Source of the DNA: Planctomycetota bacterium
GTDB lineage: Bacteria > Planctomycetota > UBA1135 > GCA-002686595
Length of the DNA: 44,351 nt
Assembly: GCA_029259675.1 (NCBI GenBank)
Contig: JAJDES010000191.1
Span: forward strand, 1 to 44,351
Direction: 5' to 3'
Shown: piece by piece, positions 43,352 to 44,351 of the stretch
How the letters are laid out: each line of letters begins with the position of its first letter
Position numbering within the stretch: the stretch's first letter is position 1
Notes under the pieces: model-generated
What the model saw: only the letters and a program-made list of their open reading frames with translations
What the model was told of the DNA's origin: nothing
Databases searched by the model: none
Program-made: the position numbers and the translations under genes

Positions 43352-43744
43352 ATGTTGGCCCTCTTCGGAAATCTATCCCTGCCGGAAATCGCCCTGATCG
43401 GCGCCGTCGCCATCCTCGTATTCGGGCGCCGTTTGCCGGAAGTTGCAACGGAAGCTGCGAAGACCGTGGCTCGCTTTCGCAACAGCTTGCAGGCTCTCGG
43501 CAAAGAAATTGACGCCGATGGCGAGCTGCGCAAGACCCGACAGGAAGTAGCCGGCATCCTGCCGCGCGACCTGCGCACTTCGAATGTTTTGGATGCCGTT
43601 GCGCGCAGCACCAGCTACCTAGAGCCGAAATCCGAAGCCGACCAAGATGATGCGCAATCCGCAGATATCGACCCGCACGATGCGGCCATAGATCGCGCCG
43701 AAGAGCTCAGCCGAGAAGATCTTCCAGATCATCCGCAGCACTGA
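43352..43744 (+). CDS. tatA: Twin-arginine translocase subunit TatA/E
   Basis: 130 aa. LPEIALIGAVAILVFGRRLPEVATEAAKTVARFRNSL shows the TM helix, the F-G hinge and the amphipathic helix. The C-terminal tail is acidic. Confidence 0.85.
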   Translation: MLALFGNLSLPEIALIGAVAILVFGRRLPEVATEAAKTVARFRNSLQALGKEIDADGELRKTRQEVAGILPRDLRTSNVLDAVARSTSYLEPKSEADQDDAQSADIDPHDAAIDRAEELSREDLPDHPQH

Positions 43745-44351
43745 AATCCGAAGGAGCTTCCTCCGCGTTCGGATCCATGTCCTCTTCAAACTGCTGCAGG
43801 CTGTCCAGCACCGCGGCATCACCCTCGTCGAAGATCTGACTCCAGTCACCCTCGCTGGCGTCCCCACCGGGAATGGCCGGCGAAAGATCTTCAGCTGCCT
43901 GCGGAGTGGCTATTTGCAGCGGTCGATTCTCCATCAACCAACGTCGATTCGATTGAACGGATCCCACGACGGGAATGATCTGCTTCTCGATGCGCTCCGC
44001 GAAGGCCGCCAATACTTCCGTGGGCGTGATCACCGGCATTGCTAGGGTCAAGAGACCTGAGTAACTGTCGAGGGGCACGATGCAGTTCCCGTGAAGCTCC
44101 TCGATGCTGAAAAGGTCAACCGCATCGCTGGAAGGCTCATAGACCTCAAGCGGCATGAAGGGCAGGTTGAATACATCGCAGGCGACCTGCGACAGCTCCC
44201 AGTCGGAAACCAGGTTTTCGCGCACGAGGACCTCGGTGAAGAGTTCTCCCGAGTCCATGCACTGGGTCAAGATGTGCTGAATCACCGCCGGATCGGCCAT
44301 CCCCAGTTCACAGACGGACTCCGCAATGCGGCTGTATTCGAATCTTTGGCT
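43707..44351 (-). CDS. GspE_N / MshEN-like (type II secretion protein E N-terminal) domain protein, N-terminus probably beyond the window end
   Basis: The track gives 43707..44300. The frame remains open from 44301 to the window end (SQRFEYSRIAESVCELG precedes the Met). LVRENLVSDWELSQVACDVFNLPFMPLEVYEP ... NCIVPLDSYSGLLTLAM fits the GspE_N repeat pattern. The C-terminal tail is acidic. Confidence 0.55.
   Translation of the reverse strand, partial: SQRFEYSRIAESVCELGMADPAVIQHILTQCMDSGELFTEVLVRENLVSDWELSQVACDVFNLPFMPLEVYEPSSDAVDLFSIEELHGNCIVPLDSYSGLLTLAMPVITPTEVLAAFAERIEKQIIPVVGSVQSNRRWLMENRPLQIATPQAAEDLSPAIPGGDASEGDWSQIFDEGDAAVLDSLQQFEEDMDPNAEEAPSDFSAADDLEDLLG

Noticed and set aside
1-44351. 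CRISPR arrays, transposases/integrases, prophage genes, toxin-antitoxin pairs or known defence-system domains
   Set aside because: I scanned all intergenic regions and all track ORFs longer than 150 aa. The only repeats are the short tandem units reported above (2-3 copies), and no nuclease, helicase, TIR, STAND or recombinase-type motifs were recognised. The window therefore looks chromosomal-core plus a glycan-variable block, not a mobile or defence island.

Overview
This is a high-GC (about 60% by eye) 44.35-kb chromosomal window from a diderm, LPS-making bacterium. The lineage cannot be fixed from sequence alone. The gene content (xylose-isomerase-like TIM barrel, membrane-embedded spermidine-synthase-like protein, stand-alone GspE_N-domain protein, long intergenic gaps) is reminiscent of PVC/Planctomycetota-like or Myxococcota-like genomes, at low confidence. 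I can support about 36 protein-coding genes. I saw no rRNA, tRNA, CRISPR array, integrase, transposase or recognisable defence genes. The window falls into three blocks. (i) 1-5.8 kb holds an SGNH hydrolase, pepQ and a membrane SpeE-like protein. (ii) 5.9-17.1 kb is a strand-switching, compositionally patchy envelope-glycan block: tandem Kdo/WaaP-type kinase, CgeB-like GT, low-GC secreted ORF, GT4, group-II PLP decarboxylase, permease-less Wzt-type ABC ATPase, GNAT-fold protein, APH/choline-kinase-fold kinase and GT2. (iii) 17.1-44.3 kb is mostly core genes: selU, an ECF sigma/anti-sigma/periplasmic-protein operon, a second SGNH hydrolase, lepB, mgtE, aspartokinase, an IPMS-like synthase, fmt-rsmB, trxA, scpA, an M50 protease, kdsD-kdsC, lptD and tatA. 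The best candidate for something undescribed is a 927-aa membrane-anchored protein built from repeated LptA/LptC-like units. It sits where lptC-lptA sit in the E. coli kdsD-kdsC-lptCAB locus and is translationally coupled to kdsC and lptD, so it may be a single-polypeptide LPS bridge. The second candidate is the orphan Wzt + decarboxylase + kinase + GNAT + GT2 glycan-decoration set. All functional calls rest on motifs I recognised by hand. No database searches or structure predictions were run, and start codons are best guesses.
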